Positions 46,909-57,280 of a DNA stretch of 64,000 nucleotides are shown here, piece after piece. The first letter of the stretch is position 1. Each line of letters opens with the position of its first letter. Source of the stretch: Candidatus Bathyarchaeota archaeon (lineage in GTDB: Archaea; Thermoproteota; Bathyarchaeia; Bathyarchaeales; Bathycorpusculaceae); NCBI GenBank assembly GCA_963827165.1, contig CAWGZR010000012.1, positions 103,089-167,088 of the forward strand. The letters run 5' to 3'. The notes under the pieces are model-generated. The model saw only the letters and a list, made by a program, of their open reading frames with translations, was not told the DNA's origin and did no database searches. The translations under genes were made by a program, and so were the position numbers.

Positions 46909-47296
46909 CTATCTTCAATTGTGGCGGAATCAGCTTTTTCCCGTTCAGTGCAAAAGGTACAAAATAGAAAATGCTTCAGTGGAACGTGTATAATTTCGCG
47001 CAAAAAAATAACTTGGAGATAATCACATTTAATACCCCTTGCAGCCCCCGATTACTGGTGCAAAGGCAATCGAAGAGTCCTTCCGAACGTCGAAATTTGA
47101 TAATTTTAACTGAGATTATGATGCTTAACTAAATCTGTCCTCAAGGTGGACGAAATGCTTTTTTGAAATTCGGGGTTGTTTCCATGGGATTTGGTTTTTT
47201 AGGATGAAAACCCCTATAAGCGCATTATGACGAATGTCATATTAGGTATGTCGTAATTAGATACACCTAACTTGAAGGGCAGACGCAGCCATCACT

Positions 47297-47340
47297 TTTC
47301 AAAACTGTTTCAAAACCGTTTCAGCCAACTATCAAATCAC
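47297..47340 (+). promoter_or_regulatory. Four 11-bp direct repeats upstream of TATA
   Basis: TTTCAAAACTG TTTCAAAACCG TTTCAGCCAAC TATCAAATCAC, then TTTAAGTA at about 47350. Confidence 0.55.
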
Positions 47341-47378
47341 TCAAAGCCCTTTAAGTAAACATAAAGGAGAAGTAAAAA

Positions 47379-48116
47379 ATGAACACAAAGAAAATAATAC
47401 TCATAATAACCGTCGCGGTAATCGCAGCAGCGTTAGTAACCGCTTCAGCATTCGTATTCCTGTTCATACCTATGACAACAAACTCGAACGCAACGCCGCC
47501 CTCCACGGCAGGAATAGGAACCCAAGCCACTCCCACAGCACCATCAACAACCACAACTGCGATAACAATCGATAATGCAACCACTATCGCCCAAAATTAT
47601 GTGATACAACTAGGCAACTCAAATCTTTCAGTCGCAGAAGTTGATCAATACTCAACTTGCTACTATGCACGAGTAGTAGAGACAAACACAGGCGCTGGCG
47701 CATTCGAGCTAACCATAAACAACGTCACAGGAGCAGTTACAGCCGAACAGGGCGCAATGATGGAATGGAACACCAAATATGGAATCTCAAGCGGCACCGG
47801 CATGATGGGTTACCTAACCACAGGAACAAATGGAGGAATTATGGGCTCAGGCGGTATGATGACTTGGCTTAGAGGAACACCGACAACAACTATGGCAGTT
47901 ACAATGGATCAAGCTAAAACTACGGCACAACAATACCTAACCACAAACTACCCAGGAACCACAGTGGGAAAAGCAACAACGTTTTATGGATATTACATGA
48001 TGCAAGTGCTCAAAGGAACCAACAACTATGGCATGATGACTGTTAACGGTCAAACCGGACAAGTCTTATACTGCTCATGGCTCGGCACATTCATGCAGCG
48101 AATGGTTTTCGGTTAA
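47379..48116 (+). CDS. Membrane-anchored extracellular protein with two PepSY-like repeats and a Gly/Met-rich linker
   Basis: N-terminal TM, Thr-rich linker, A.TIAQNY...ELTINNVTGAV and AKTTAQQYL...MTVNGQTGQV; GMMG repeats. Confidence 0.65.
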   Translation: MNTKKIILIITVAVIAAALVTASAFVFLFIPMTTNSNATPPSTAGIGTQATPTAPSTTTTAITIDNATTIAQNYVIQLGNSNLSVAEVDQYSTCYYARVVETNTGAGAFELTINNVTGAVTAEQGAMMEWNTKYGISSGTGMMGYLTTGTNGGIMGSGGMMTWLRGTPTTTMAVTMDQAKTTAQQYLTTNYPGTTVGKATTFYGYYMMQVLKGTNNYGMMTVNGQTGQVLYCSWLGTFMQRMVFG

Positions 48117-48219
48117 ACAGTAAGGTGGTTTTTAACCATACCTTTAGTTTTTTGAATACTTTTTGAATTTTTGAGTTGAAGGCGAAGCCTTAATTTAATG
48201 TTCGAAAATCTATTTAGTT

Positions 48220-48885
48220 ATGCAAAGACTGCGCATTTTTCTCATTATATTAATTGTTGCCGTTGGCATCCTTCTTAGTATAGTTGCAATAAGCCTGTAT
48301 TTGTCCGCCACCTCTTCAGCCTATTATCAATCAAGTTGGATAGGGCAGATGGGGCAGAGCATGGGCATTGGCAGGTCAACTAATAATGGAAACAGTGGAG
48401 GCATGGGCGGAATGATGGGTGGAAACGGTAACACTGCTTCAACAAATAATCTTTGGATAATCCCTGCAGTGTTAATTGCTCTCGCAATTATTGGAATAAT
48501 AGGCTTTGGTTTCTACATGCTTTATCCCGAGATCAGAAACGTTAGAAAAACCTGTGAACCGACGAAAAACGAACCTTCCATTTCAGCCCCATTAAAAACT
48601 CCTGCAATAGACTTCCCTATTTCAAATTCCGCACCAAACTCCTGCGAGGTAATTTTAAAAACCATGACACCCGAAGAACAAAAAGTCCTCAACACATTGA
48701 TTGCTCATCAAGGTAAGTACCTGCAAAAGTACGTGGTCAAAGAAGCTGAGCTAAGTCGGCTCAAAACTCACCGGATTGTCGCTCGATTTGCAGAACGCGG
48801 AATAGTAACAGTCAAACCAGTGGGGAACACAAACGAGGTCACGATCTCAGATTGGGTTAAGGGAGCAAAGACGCCCACTGCTTGA
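48220..48885 (+). CDS. Two-TM membrane protein with C-terminal winged HTH (membrane-bound regulator)
   Basis: TM-GGMGGMMG loop-TM, then MTPEEQKVL...LQ..V...ELSRLKTHRIVARFAERGIV...GNTNEV. Confidence 0.75.
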   Translation: MQRLRIFLIILIVAVGILLSIVAISLYLSATSSAYYQSSWIGQMGQSMGIGRSTNNGNSGGMGGMMGGNGNTASTNNLWIIPAVLIALAIIGIIGFGFYMLYPEIRNVRKTCEPTKNEPSISAPLKTPAIDFPISNSAPNSCEVILKTMTPEEQKVLNTLIAHQGKYLQKYVVKEAELSRLKTHRIVARFAERGIVTVKPVGNTNEVTISDWVKGAKTPTA

Positions 48886-48893
48886 ACACCAGT

Positions 48894-50960
48894 CTACCGT
48901 TTTTCTCTTAGTGGGGGCAACCGAATTATGAAAGTTGTACCTTTTCCTTCGGTGCTCTCAAATGTGACGGTGCCGCCTAATGCTTCAGTCATGCGTTTAA
49001 CTACAGGTAAGCCGAAGCCTTGGCCTTTAGATTTTGTCGTCATCATTGGCGTGAACAGCTTGGGCTTAACGTTTTCAGGAATTCCAACTCCCGTGTCTTT
49101 AACTGTTATCAAAGTGTCCTGAGTCTGCGTGTCGACGTAACCGCGAATTATTAGTTCACCGCCATTTGGCATAGCTTGGACTGCATTCAAAGTCAAGTTA
49201 GCTGCTATTCGCTTAAGATAATCGGGGTCAGCCATAACCTTGTCGGCTTTATCCTCCACTTCAACAGTAACCTTGACGTTTTCAGATACTCCATTCTTAG
49301 CTAATACGTCATTAAACACCGACTTCACGCTTGTTTGTTGAGAACGCGGATTAAGCGGCCTAGCATAATCCTGAAGATCAGCAACAATCTTGTTGATGTA
49401 ATCAACGTTTTTCTCTATTTCTGCAATAGATTCCAAAGCCCTGTTTTTTCCATCACAGTTCGGGCTTTCAACCAACTCTGTTTTTGCCAAATAAAGGTCG
49501 CCTGTGATGGCTTGCAATGGGTTTCGTATGTCGTGTCCGACCATGCCCGCAGTTGCACCGATGGCGGCTAGACGTTCAGCATCTTTCAACTGTGCAGCTC
49601 TTTTTTCTGCGAGCTCCTCCATTTGATTGGCGTATTCTTCAACCCGGACAGCAGACTCCTCGAGCTTAACCTGCAGCTCTACTCTATCAGTAATATCCAC
49701 ATTGGACTCCATCGTCTCTACAATATTGCCGTCTGCATCAAACTTGGCCGACCAATAACTCTGCAAAACCACTTTGCCCCCGTTTTTGCAAGTGTGAACA
49801 ATTTCGCCAGACCATTTACCCTCAAGTTTAAGTTGGTTTTGAATCTCTTCAAGCGGAACTGGAAATTCAGTTTTTAGCAAGACGTTGATGTCTTGTCCGA
49901 TGGCTTCTTGTTTGTTTAAGCCGTACAGTTTCTCTGCGCCTTTACTCCAGAAATTAATAATACCCTCAAACGTTCTAACGATTATGGCGTCTGGACTTAG
50001 GTCGATAAGTGAAGCTTGCTTTCGCAATGTTTTCTCAGCTTGTTCTCTTTCGTTTCGAAGCCTCAGCATTCCGACACCGTAAGAGAAGTCACTTGCAAGT
50101 TCTGATAGAAGCTTCATTTCTTCATCGGCGAAGGGGTCTGGTTCTTTGCTGTATATGTTTAATGCCCCGAATGTTTTGCCTTCAAATGTAGTTAATGGAA
50201 GAACAAGTGATGCAGTGTAGCCTCTTTTAAGAGCTGCTGATCGCCAGGGTTCAAAGTTGGGGTCTATTTGCATGTTTTTGCAGATGTAGGGTTTTCCTGT
50301 CCGAATTACGGTACCCGTGGGTCCATGGCCTCTTTTTGATTTTTCATCCCAAGTTACATTTAGTGCGTCGATGTAGTCTTTGTCGAAACCGGCGAAAGCT
50401 ACTGGACACACGGTTTTATCTTTATCATGTTCGGCGAATCCAACCCACACGAGCGCGTAGCCGCAGTCGTTGATGATGATGTTGCAGACTTCCTGAGTGA
50501 AGGTTGACTCGTCAGCGGCGTGCATGAGGGCTTGGTTGCTGTTGCTGACGGCTTTGAGGTGGCGATTAAGTTTCCGCAGAGCTTCTTCCGCTTTTTTGCG
50601 CTCAGTAATATCGTGCGCGATAACTTGTGCCCCATGAAATCTTCCGTTCTGGCTCGTTAGCTTCATGTTGAGAGTAACCCAAAATTGACGCCCATCTTTG
50701 CGCACTGCTTTATACTCAACATTCTCGTCTATCTTTTCTCCAGCTAAAGCTTTTCTAATTCGCTCCTTAAACCGTTCTAGGCTCTCGGCATCCAAAGCGT
50801 CAAAGGGGTTCATGGCAAGCAGTTCTTCCCTGCTGTAACCTGACATGATGCACATTGCTTCATTCACGTTTTTGAAGCGAGGACCATTAAAGTCAATTTC
50901 GTAAATGGCTGCAGGCGCATATTGCAATAGCTGCCGATATCTTTCTTCGCTAGCCCTCAA
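48894..50960 (-). CDS. PAS/GAF sensor histidine kinase (C-terminal part of a frameshifted gene)
   Basis: PAS-GAF-PAS, H-box GHDIRNPL, NAVQAM, DTGVGI, GQGFGL. Confidence 0.9.
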   Translation of the reverse strand: MRASEERYRQLLQYAPAAIYEIDFNGPRFKNVNEAMCIMSGYSREELLAMNPFDALDAESLERFKERIRKALAGEKIDENVEYKAVRKDGRQFWVTLNMKLTSQNGRFHGAQVIAHDITERKKAEEALRKLNRHLKAVSNSNQALMHAADESTFTQEVCNIIINDCGYALVWVGFAEHDKDKTVCPVAFAGFDKDYIDALNVTWDEKSKRGHGPTGTVIRTGKPYICKNMQIDPNFEPWRSAALKRGYTASLVLPLTTFEGKTFGALNIYSKEPDPFADEEMKLLSELASDFSYGVGMLRLRNEREQAEKTLRKQASLIDLSPDAIIVRTFEGIINFWSKGAEKLYGLNKQEAIGQDINVLLKTEFPVPLEEIQNQLKLEGKWSGEIVHTCKNGGKVVLQSYWSAKFDADGNIVETMESNVDITDRVELQVKLEESAVRVEEYANQMEELAEKRAAQLKDAERLAAIGATAGMVGHDIRNPLQAITGDLYLAKTELVESPNCDGKNRALESIAEIEKNVDYINKIVADLQDYARPLNPRSQQTSVKSVFNDVLAKNGVSENVKVTVEVEDKADKVMADPDYLKRIAANLTLNAVQAMPNGGELIIRGYVDTQTQDTLITVKDTGVGIPENVKPKLFTPMMTTKSKGQGFGLPVVKRMTEALGGTVTFESTEGKGTTFIIRLPPLREKR

Positions 50961-50976
50961 AGCCTCTTCCGCTCTC

Positions 50977-51768
50977 TTACGTTCCGTGATGTTTCTTAGC
51001 TACATGCACTGACCCAATAATTTTCCCCTGTTCGTCTTTAAGAGGTGTTGTGCTCACTAAGAAATCTCCTCCGAGGCGGGGTTCATGCACTTCAGCTTGA
51101 TGCTCTTCTCCGTCTTTCACAGTTTGTGAATGCGGACAAAAGGCGGGCGGATTATCTAAGTCATGAACACACTGATAACAGAATAGTCCAATAGCTTTTT
51201 CTGGAGCTACACCCAACTGTTGAGCCATTGCATGGTTAACCCGCACAATTCGGTGTTGATTATCAAGGATCGCTATGAAGTCGGGTACACTGTCGAAAGT
51301 GCGTTCCCAATCATTTTTTGTTTGCCAAAGCTCTTGTTCAGCTTTCTTGCGTTCTGTAATATTCTCAAAAAGAGCCACAAAATAGCCCTTCTCCGGAGAA
51401 TAGGCAATCACTCGGTACCATATACCCAGAGGCGCCGCGTAATTCTCAAATTGAACTGGCTCCCCGGTTAACGCCACTTTCCCGTAAACCCCAATCCAGT
51501 CAGCAGGATCTTTCTCTATCCCTGGAAGAACATCCGTGACTTTCTTGCCTATGATTTTCTCTCTTTTGAGGCCAGTCATTTTTTCAAAAGCATGATTAAC
51601 TTCGAGAAAAACGTAATCAACAGGCTTACCCGCCTTATCAACAGCAATCCTATGATAAGAAAAGCCATCTAGCATTTTATCGAAAAACATATCAAACTGT
51701 TTCCGATCGCCGCCCAGAGCCTTTGCCCATCCGCCAGCTAGATCGCCTTTTGACATAAGCAGCTTCAA
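50977..51768 (-). CDS. Two-PAS protein, N-terminal part of the same kinase (+1 frameshift near 50996)
   Basis: Ends VHVA-KKHHGT*; removing one A gives VHVARNITERKRAEEALRASEE, in frame with 48894..50960. Confidence 0.8.
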   Translation of the reverse strand: MKLLMSKGDLAGGWAKALGGDRKQFDMFFDKMLDGFSYHRIAVDKAGKPVDYVFLEVNHAFEKMTGLKREKIIGKKVTDVLPGIEKDPADWIGVYGKVALTGEPVQFENYAAPLGIWYRVIAYSPEKGYFVALFENITERKKAEQELWQTKNDWERTFDSVPDFIAILDNQHRIVRVNHAMAQQLGVAPEKAIGLFCYQCVHDLDNPPAFCPHSQTVKDGEEHQAEVHEPRLGGDFLVSTTPLKDEQGKIIGSVHVAKKHHGT

Positions 51769-51837
51769 CCGTTAAATTAACAAGGATACATTGACCGGAA
51801 TATAAAAATACACTTTAATTGGATCTTTAGAATTTTC

Positions 51838-52599
51838 TCAGGCCTCATTATTGACTTTTCTTGAGCTTAACAGTGCAATTAAGAAGTAAACCGTTGCAAC
51901 ATAAAGGCCAAGTCTACCCGTCCAAACTACAATATCGCTGAATCGAATCTGCAGTGTGATTCCGAACGTGCCAATTGCGTCCAGCACCAAGGCTAACGTG
52001 TACCAATACAACACGTTTGATTTTGACCTCAAATGTTGGCGTAGAAAAAGCATGCTGCCCAATGAAAAGAGGAGAACCGCGGTCGAGAAAACTATTTGAT
52101 CAGTTAAAGTCACACCTTTTCCGTTGACGAAAAACGTTGGAAAAACCTTAAGCACAGTCAACAAAGATAATAATCCGCTTAAGAAAACTGCGGCTACGCA
52201 GGCTAACGCCAACCTGATGTTTCGATGCTCAGAGCCGATGGCTACGGAACGGAAAGAAGCCTGATATGAAGCGAAGAGCTGCAAAGCCGAAAACAAGAGC
52301 AAATCAAGTCCATTTAGGGTTACTCCCCAATTGGCTGAATAGTTTGAGAGCCACCCTATTATTACGCTTACAATGGAAATGTAGACAAACGCCATCGTGA
52401 TAATCAGAAGCGTTAGGGAACCTGTAAGCAAGTAACCTTTCGCCGAAAGATAAGCCACAACAGAGCAAATAACTGCCACGAGTACGACATTGAGTCCTAT
52501 CCTCAGATAAAGTGGGTTAAAAACGTAATGACCTCTCAAGCCCAAAGCAAGCTCGACAACCAATAGCAACGCGATGGCAAAAATGGGAATAAGACCCAC
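51838..52599 (-). CDS. Multi-TM membrane protein, possibly a MASE-type sensor
   Basis: About 8 hydrophobic helices, upstream of the kinase. Confidence 0.65.
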   Translation of the reverse strand: MGLIPIFAIALLLVVELALGLRGHYVFNPLYLRIGLNVVLVAVICSVVAYLSAKGYLLTGSLTLLIITMAFVYISIVSVIIGWLSNYSANWGVTLNGLDLLLFSALQLFASYQASFRSVAIGSEHRNIRLALACVAAVFLSGLLSLLTVLKVFPTFFVNGKGVTLTDQIVFSTAVLLFSLGSMLFLRQHLRSKSNVLYWYTLALVLDAIGTFGITLQIRFSDIVVWTGRLGLYVATVYFLIALLSSRKVNNEA

Positions 52600-52719
52600 A
52601 TACTTGTTAAAGTTTTTTCAGCCTCAAGTTCTGTACGCACAGAATAAAAAGCAATTACTCACCAATTCCATATTAGCCTTTCCTTTAAGCATGCATTTGC
52701 TCAGCTGCTAGTTAAAAAA

Positions 52720-53172
52720 TTAATTTTTTTCTGCAGTTCCCCAAATCTCAACTGCGAAGCTGGTTAGCGCCCAATGCCAACCCCTCTTCTCTACAACATG
52801 TTTGCCAAACTCTTTTTCTATTCGCTTATTCGTACGCAAAATTTTGCGGCTAACCTGGTGACGTTTAACCCTAAAAACCTCAAGCTTTAGGGCCAAATCT
52901 TTTGGCAACAAGCCAAATGATCCGGCTTCAAAGAGCAAGCTTAGAATTTCCCGATCAACCTCATCCTGGCAAGCAATCCGCTCAATTAACGATTGGTCAA
53001 AATTGAAGGAATCCTTAAGGCCAGCAAAGATTGTTCGTAGCATAAGCTTGACCTCTTCAACCTCTGCTAGGGTTTGCTTGAGGAGCTGCTGGTTATACTT
53101 CAAACGACCTATCTTGTCGCTTTGACTACGCTTCTTTTTCAAGTTCTGAACAGGTTTTTCAGAGGTTTCCAT
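52720..53172 (-). CDS. Hypothetical winged-helix protein
   Basis: DEVDREILSLL...GLLPKDLA..L...RHQVSRKI...VVEKRGWHWALT; likely start ATG 53172. Confidence 0.6.
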   Translation of the reverse strand: METSEKPVQNLKKKRSQSDKIGRLKYNQQLLKQTLAEVEEVKLMLRTIFAGLKDSFNFDQSLIERIACQDEVDREILSLLFEAGSFGLLPKDLALKLEVFRVKRHQVSRKILRTNKRIEKEFGKHVVEKRGWHWALTSFAVEIWGTAEKN

Positions 53173-53358
53173 ATCAGAGTGCACACCCCAATAATTCTTG
53201 TCCATCAACACGTGGAAAAATTGATAGCGGGTAATCAGGACCAACCAGTGACAGAAAAGTTACTTGTGAAAAGCATGGACTTTTCCCATGCCCCATACAC
53301 TGTGCTGAAATGGCTTTTGAACATTATTTAGCTGCCATTAGCGCAGAAATAACCGACA

Positions 53359-53736
53359 TCAAACAGTGTACTCCCCAAGTTTTCTTTGTCCCTCAGCCTG
53401 CCTTTTTGCGTCAGCATCAATATTGTCTACTCGCCCAAGGGCTTCGACCGGCTTTTCAAATTTAATCTCAAGCCGATCCACTTTTTTGTCGATACGCTTG
53501 ACTTTCTCTGGCATCTGCATGTAATCAATTGCAGCGTCTTTGCCGATGTTCTCAAGTTCGCTCTCGCCCCAACTGTGATCAATCTTGCGACGCCCAGCTC
53601 TTACACTAAAATATCTGCCAAACAATTTTGCAACAGGATCCTCAACAGCCATTTCGCCGCCGACAACCGCTCCCTCAGCCAAGACAACTCCGTATTTCTT
53701 AGACAAAGTCACTGCAATACGATTACTCGGGTTCAC
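53359..53736 (-). pseudogene. Probable C-terminal fragment of a larger conserved archaeal protein
   Basis: AVEDPVAKLFGRYF..IDHSW.ELE..YMQMPE plus a coiled coil; starts abruptly with no clear RBS. Family recognition is from memory only. Confidence 0.4.
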
Positions 53737-54024
53737 GGGACTGGCTTACGATGTTTCAGGTGCTTTGCAAGAAACCGTTTTGATTGCCCGTTTTTTGCCT
53801 CAGCGGAAGCCATCCAAGAATGGCTCAACAGCCGTAGCGATTTCAAAGCTTCAGCCTATTCCGCCACTTCTATCGCCAAATGCTTTGCAAAGCCCGACAG
53901 CTCAACCGTCTTAAAATTCAAGTATTGCTTGAAGAAATACAATTTATCATGGGGATTGAAAAAGGCGGAACGTGGCTACCGCTTGGTGGAAGTAACCTCA
54001 ATCAAGCTCGCGTTGATTTAGTTT

Positions 54025-54711
54025 TTATGTTTTGGTTAGTATGTCGGCGAGTAATCTGCGTTCTGCTTTTCTTCTATGCTCTATCAGGGTTGAATCTCGC
54101 ACGCCAAGTTTTTTTGCGAGGTCTTGTGAGCTGATTCTTCTTGGCAGATCATAGTAACCATGGTCAAAGGCTGACGTTATAACCGTTCGCTGTTTCTCGG
54201 TTAGATTTTCAAGTGGCGAATGTACGCCGAATTTAATATTGGTTGATGAAACCACAGTGAAGTCCACATTCATTTTTTCGATGTACTTGATGAAAGCTCT
54301 GAGCTGCTTTGTGTCTCCGACGACGCCTACCTTGATTTTTCCATCTCTTATAACGCAGGGATCTGACATGTAGATTCCCGTCCTGAGAATCTCTTGGTCG
54401 CTTCGTTGAGCCCGCTCTTTGATAAAAATTACATAAACGCCAGGCCTTTCCTCTTCCAACACAACAACTTTTATGCGTTTAGCGTCAAAGAAGTCTTCGA
54501 TTCTCGTTGAGAGATTCTTGAATTCAATCCTACATATGGTTGCTAGTTGTTTGGTATCAAATCTTAGAAACTGCAGGATCTCAAAGGCTTTTATTAAGCT
54601 GATTTGGAAGTCAATGTTTTCTTGTTGCTCTAGCTGTATTTTTGAGAATTGTTCAAGCGCGCCTTCTAAGATTAGTTTACGCATGCAGGTATCTTGCGCA
54701 GCAAGTTCCAT
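54025..54711 (-). CDS. HTH-10 (bacterio-opsin activator-like) transcriptional regulator
   Basis: LTEKQR.V...AFD.GYYDLPRRISSQDLAKKLGV..STL.EHRRKAERRL; divergent from the ABC exporter. Confidence 0.88.
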   Translation of the reverse strand: MELAAQDTCMRKLILEGALEQFSKIQLEQQENIDFQISLIKAFEILQFLRFDTKQLATICRIEFKNLSTRIEDFFDAKRIKVVVLEEERPGVYVIFIKERAQRSDQEILRTGIYMSDPCVIRDGKIKVGVVGDTKQLRAFIKYIEKMNVDFTVVSSTNIKFGVHSPLENLTEKQRTVITSAFDHGYYDLPRRISSQDLAKKLGVRDSTLIEHRRKAERRLLADILTKT

Positions 54712-54811
54712 AATAACTTAGCGCAGATGCCTAGCTTAAGCGGTACAATCTATATCCGATTGTTTGTCTGTTTAGGATTTTCAAATCAGAAGAATAGAGG
54801 GATGTAACATC

Positions 54812-55801
54812 ATGGAAGATATGATTTCAGTTAAAAACCTCGTTATGATTTACGGTGACGGAACTAAAGCTCTTAACGGGATCTCATTCAGGGTTCAGAG
54901 AGGCGAGTTCTTCGGTTTTCTAGGGCCCAACGGCGCTGGAAAAAGCACAACCATCAAGGTTCTTACTACTCTTCTTCGCAAAACGTCGGGAGAAGTGTCC
55001 GTTTCTGGTTTCGACGTGAATGAGTCGCCTCGAGAAATCAGAAAAGTAATCGGTGTGCTTACGCAGGAAACGATTGTTGATGTTGATTTGACGGGGAAAG
55101 AAAACCTTCGTCTCCAGGGAAGGCTGCAGCAGATGCGGGGCAACGCACTCACAAGCCGAGTAAAAGAGCTGCTCAAGATGGTCCAGCTTGAAGAGTTCGC
55201 TGACAAACCTGCAGGTCGATATTCCGGAGGCATGAAGAAAAGACTAGATCTCGCCTGCGCCCTGATTCACAAGCCTAAACTGCTTTTCCTCGACGAACCA
55301 ACTACTGGCCTCGATCCACAGTCGCGGGCGTCAATCTGGGAATACCTTGACGCTTTAAACAGAGACGAGGGCATAACCGTTTTCCTCACAACCCAGTACC
55401 TTGAAGAAGCAGATAGACTTTGCCGGGAGCTCTCAATAATCGATCACGGCGAAATTATTGCCGAGGGCACACCGGCAAAGTTGAAACAGGCAATTGGGCA
55501 TGACACCATAACTCTCATCCTAAACAAAGACCCAGCCCTCAAGGCGAAGGCAAGAGAAGTCTTGCAGGGAATCCCAGACGTCGTCGATGTTCTTGATTCA
55601 AACGGTGGGATGGTCGTCCACGCCAAGAACGCAAACGAGATAATAACTCAAATCATCACTGTATTGGAGCGCAGCGGCATCCGACCGACGTCTCTTAACA
55701 TGTCTTCGCCTACTTTAGATGACGTTTTTCTCCACCACACAGGACGAAGGATACGGCCCGAAGAACTTGGAAAGAAAACAACTGAAGCATTTTTGATGTG
55801 A
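54812..55801 (+). CDS. DrrA-like ABC exporter ATP-binding protein
   Basis: GPNGAGKST, YSGGMKKRL, FLDEPTTGLDP, TTQYLEEAD, PTLDDVFL..TG. Confidence 0.93.
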   Translation: MEDMISVKNLVMIYGDGTKALNGISFRVQRGEFFGFLGPNGAGKSTTIKVLTTLLRKTSGEVSVSGFDVNESPREIRKVIGVLTQETIVDVDLTGKENLRLQGRLQQMRGNALTSRVKELLKMVQLEEFADKPAGRYSGGMKKRLDLACALIHKPKLLFLDEPTTGLDPQSRASIWEYLDALNRDEGITVFLTTQYLEEADRLCRELSIIDHGEIIAEGTPAKLKQAIGHDTITLILNKDPALKAKAREVLQGIPDVVDVLDSNGGMVVHAKNANEIITQIITVLERSGIRPTSLNMSSPTLDDVFLHHTGRRIRPEELGKKTTEAFLM

Positions 55802-56577
55802 GGCAAAAAAAGATGACTTTACTCTACGACACACAATCAATGTTCACTCGTGCCATAACGAAAATCGTACGCAACCCAACTCTCTTGTTCGTCAACCTCT
55901 TTACACCTCTGCTGTTTCTGCTCCTCTTCTCACAGCTGCTGCAGAAGCTTGGCATCTTTCTTGGGCCAACAGGCAACTACTTAACTTACCTCACACCGGG
56001 CATTCTGGTACTCAACGCTGTGACAGGCTCATTCCAGTCAGGCATGTCGATTGTTAACGATCTAAACTCTGGATTCCTACAGAAAACCCTCTTAACCCCA
56101 GTCAATAGGGGCGCCATCTTGCTTGGCCGTTTAGCGGCTGACATAGTGGTTTTGCTTCTGCAGTCAGCAATCATTATTGGCGTGGCTGCATTGCTTGGGC
56201 TCGGAGTAGCAACAGGGTTCGCGGGGCTACTGCTTGTCTTTGTTACGGTTGCATTCTTCGGGTTAGCTTGGTCGGGGCTGCTTCTAACTGTTGGTTTAGC
56301 GACCAGAAAAGCGGAAACCGTTTCCGCAGTTGGTAACTTGCTCGTTTTCCCATTATTATTCATCAGCAGCGCACTTTTCCCAACTATTATCATGCCGCAG
56401 TGGGCTCGTGACGTCTCCAACTACAATCCTCTCACCTACGCAGCTAACGTCATCAGAGATCTAATCCAGGGAGGCTTAACACGGAATACCTTTGCCGTCT
56501 CATATGCTATCATCGGATTCCTGGCACTCATAACATTCGCAGCGACGCTTCTTCAATTTAGAAGAGTCATCAGTTAA
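55798..56577 (+). CDS. ABC-2 (DrrB-like) permease
   Basis: YL.YL.PG, D.NSGF..LLTPV.R..ILLG, NPLTYA. Confidence 0.9.
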   Translation: MRQKKMTLLYDTQSMFTRAITKIVRNPTLLFVNLFTPLLFLLLFSQLLQKLGIFLGPTGNYLTYLTPGILVLNAVTGSFQSGMSIVNDLNSGFLQKTLLTPVNRGAILLGRLAADIVVLLLQSAIIIGVAALLGLGVATGFAGLLLVFVTVAFFGLAWSGLLLTVGLATRKAETVSAVGNLLVFPLLFISSALFPTIIMPQWARDVSNYNPLTYAANVIRDLIQGGLTRNTFAVSYAIIGFLALITFAATLLQFRRVIS

Positions 56578-56714
56578 ACTAAATTCTTTTCTTTTTTACT
56601 TTCACAATACTCTCCACTGCCGGAGAAAGTAGTTTGACCATTTGTTTTATAAGTAATTTGAGCGGTACTTGTCCCCCAGCTGATTTAACATGAAACTGAA
56701 TTCAGATAGATTGT

Positions 56715-56999
56715 TTGGAGGCAAAACAAGTTATGGGTAAGACTGTGCCCTCCTATCGAATTGCTTTGGAAGATGAAATACACAAATGGAACGGCTTTCG
56801 AAATGCCTTGGCCAACGAAGAAGAAAAAACGGCATTTGATGATTTGATGGACATGTGTAGAAATCTTGCTTCCGCGGGCAGCTGCGCATGTAACCCAATA
56901 ATCTTCGAACCCATGGCCATGACCATACTGTTAGCTCAACAAAAAAAGATTCTGAAGCTCGAGTCCCAATTGAACAGATTGCAGGGCGAGGGGCGTTGA
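56715..56999 (+). CDS. Small helical protein resembling the PolB2-operon-associated family (arCOG07300-like)
   Basis: MGKTVPSYRIALEDEI..W.GFR.AL..EE..AFDDLMDMCR..ASA.S....P..FEPM.M.ILL; recognised from memory; no polB2 nearby. Confidence 0.55.
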   Translation: MEAKQVMGKTVPSYRIALEDEIHKWNGFRNALANEEEKTAFDDLMDMCRNLASAGSCACNPIIFEPMAMTILLAQQKKILKLESQLNRLQGEGR

Positions 57000-57280
57000 G
57001 GTGGATGAATAGAGGAATTAAGTTATCTAAAATAAATGCGAAGCTCAATCACTCAATGGACGTTACGCAGTTTTCAGAGCCGTTACAGCAGAGCGGGTTT
57101 GTAAAGATAGTATTCGACCCATTGCAAGACGAGGAGCCGCTTGTGAATCTACCAGAGAAAGGCAAACAAGAAGTAATCGAACTCCTGCTCTCAGGAGAAA
57201 TCAGGATACTAAAATCGATAGATCCAAAACCAAAACATATGGCTTGTGAAAACATAATAAAAATTAAGCTGTCGACTTAA
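56996..57280 (+). CDS. Hypothetical protein
   Basis: 94-aa ORF overlapping the preceding stop. Confidence 0.35.
   Translation: MRWMNRGIKLSKINAKLNHSMDVTQFSEPLQQSGFVKIVFDPLQDEEPLVNLPEKGKQEVIELLLSGEIRILKSIDPKPKHMACENIIKIKLST

Noticed and set aside
53386-54021. 211-aa plus-strand ORF
   Set aside because: Largely antisense to 53359..53736 with no recognisable motif; only its last third might be a gene remnant.
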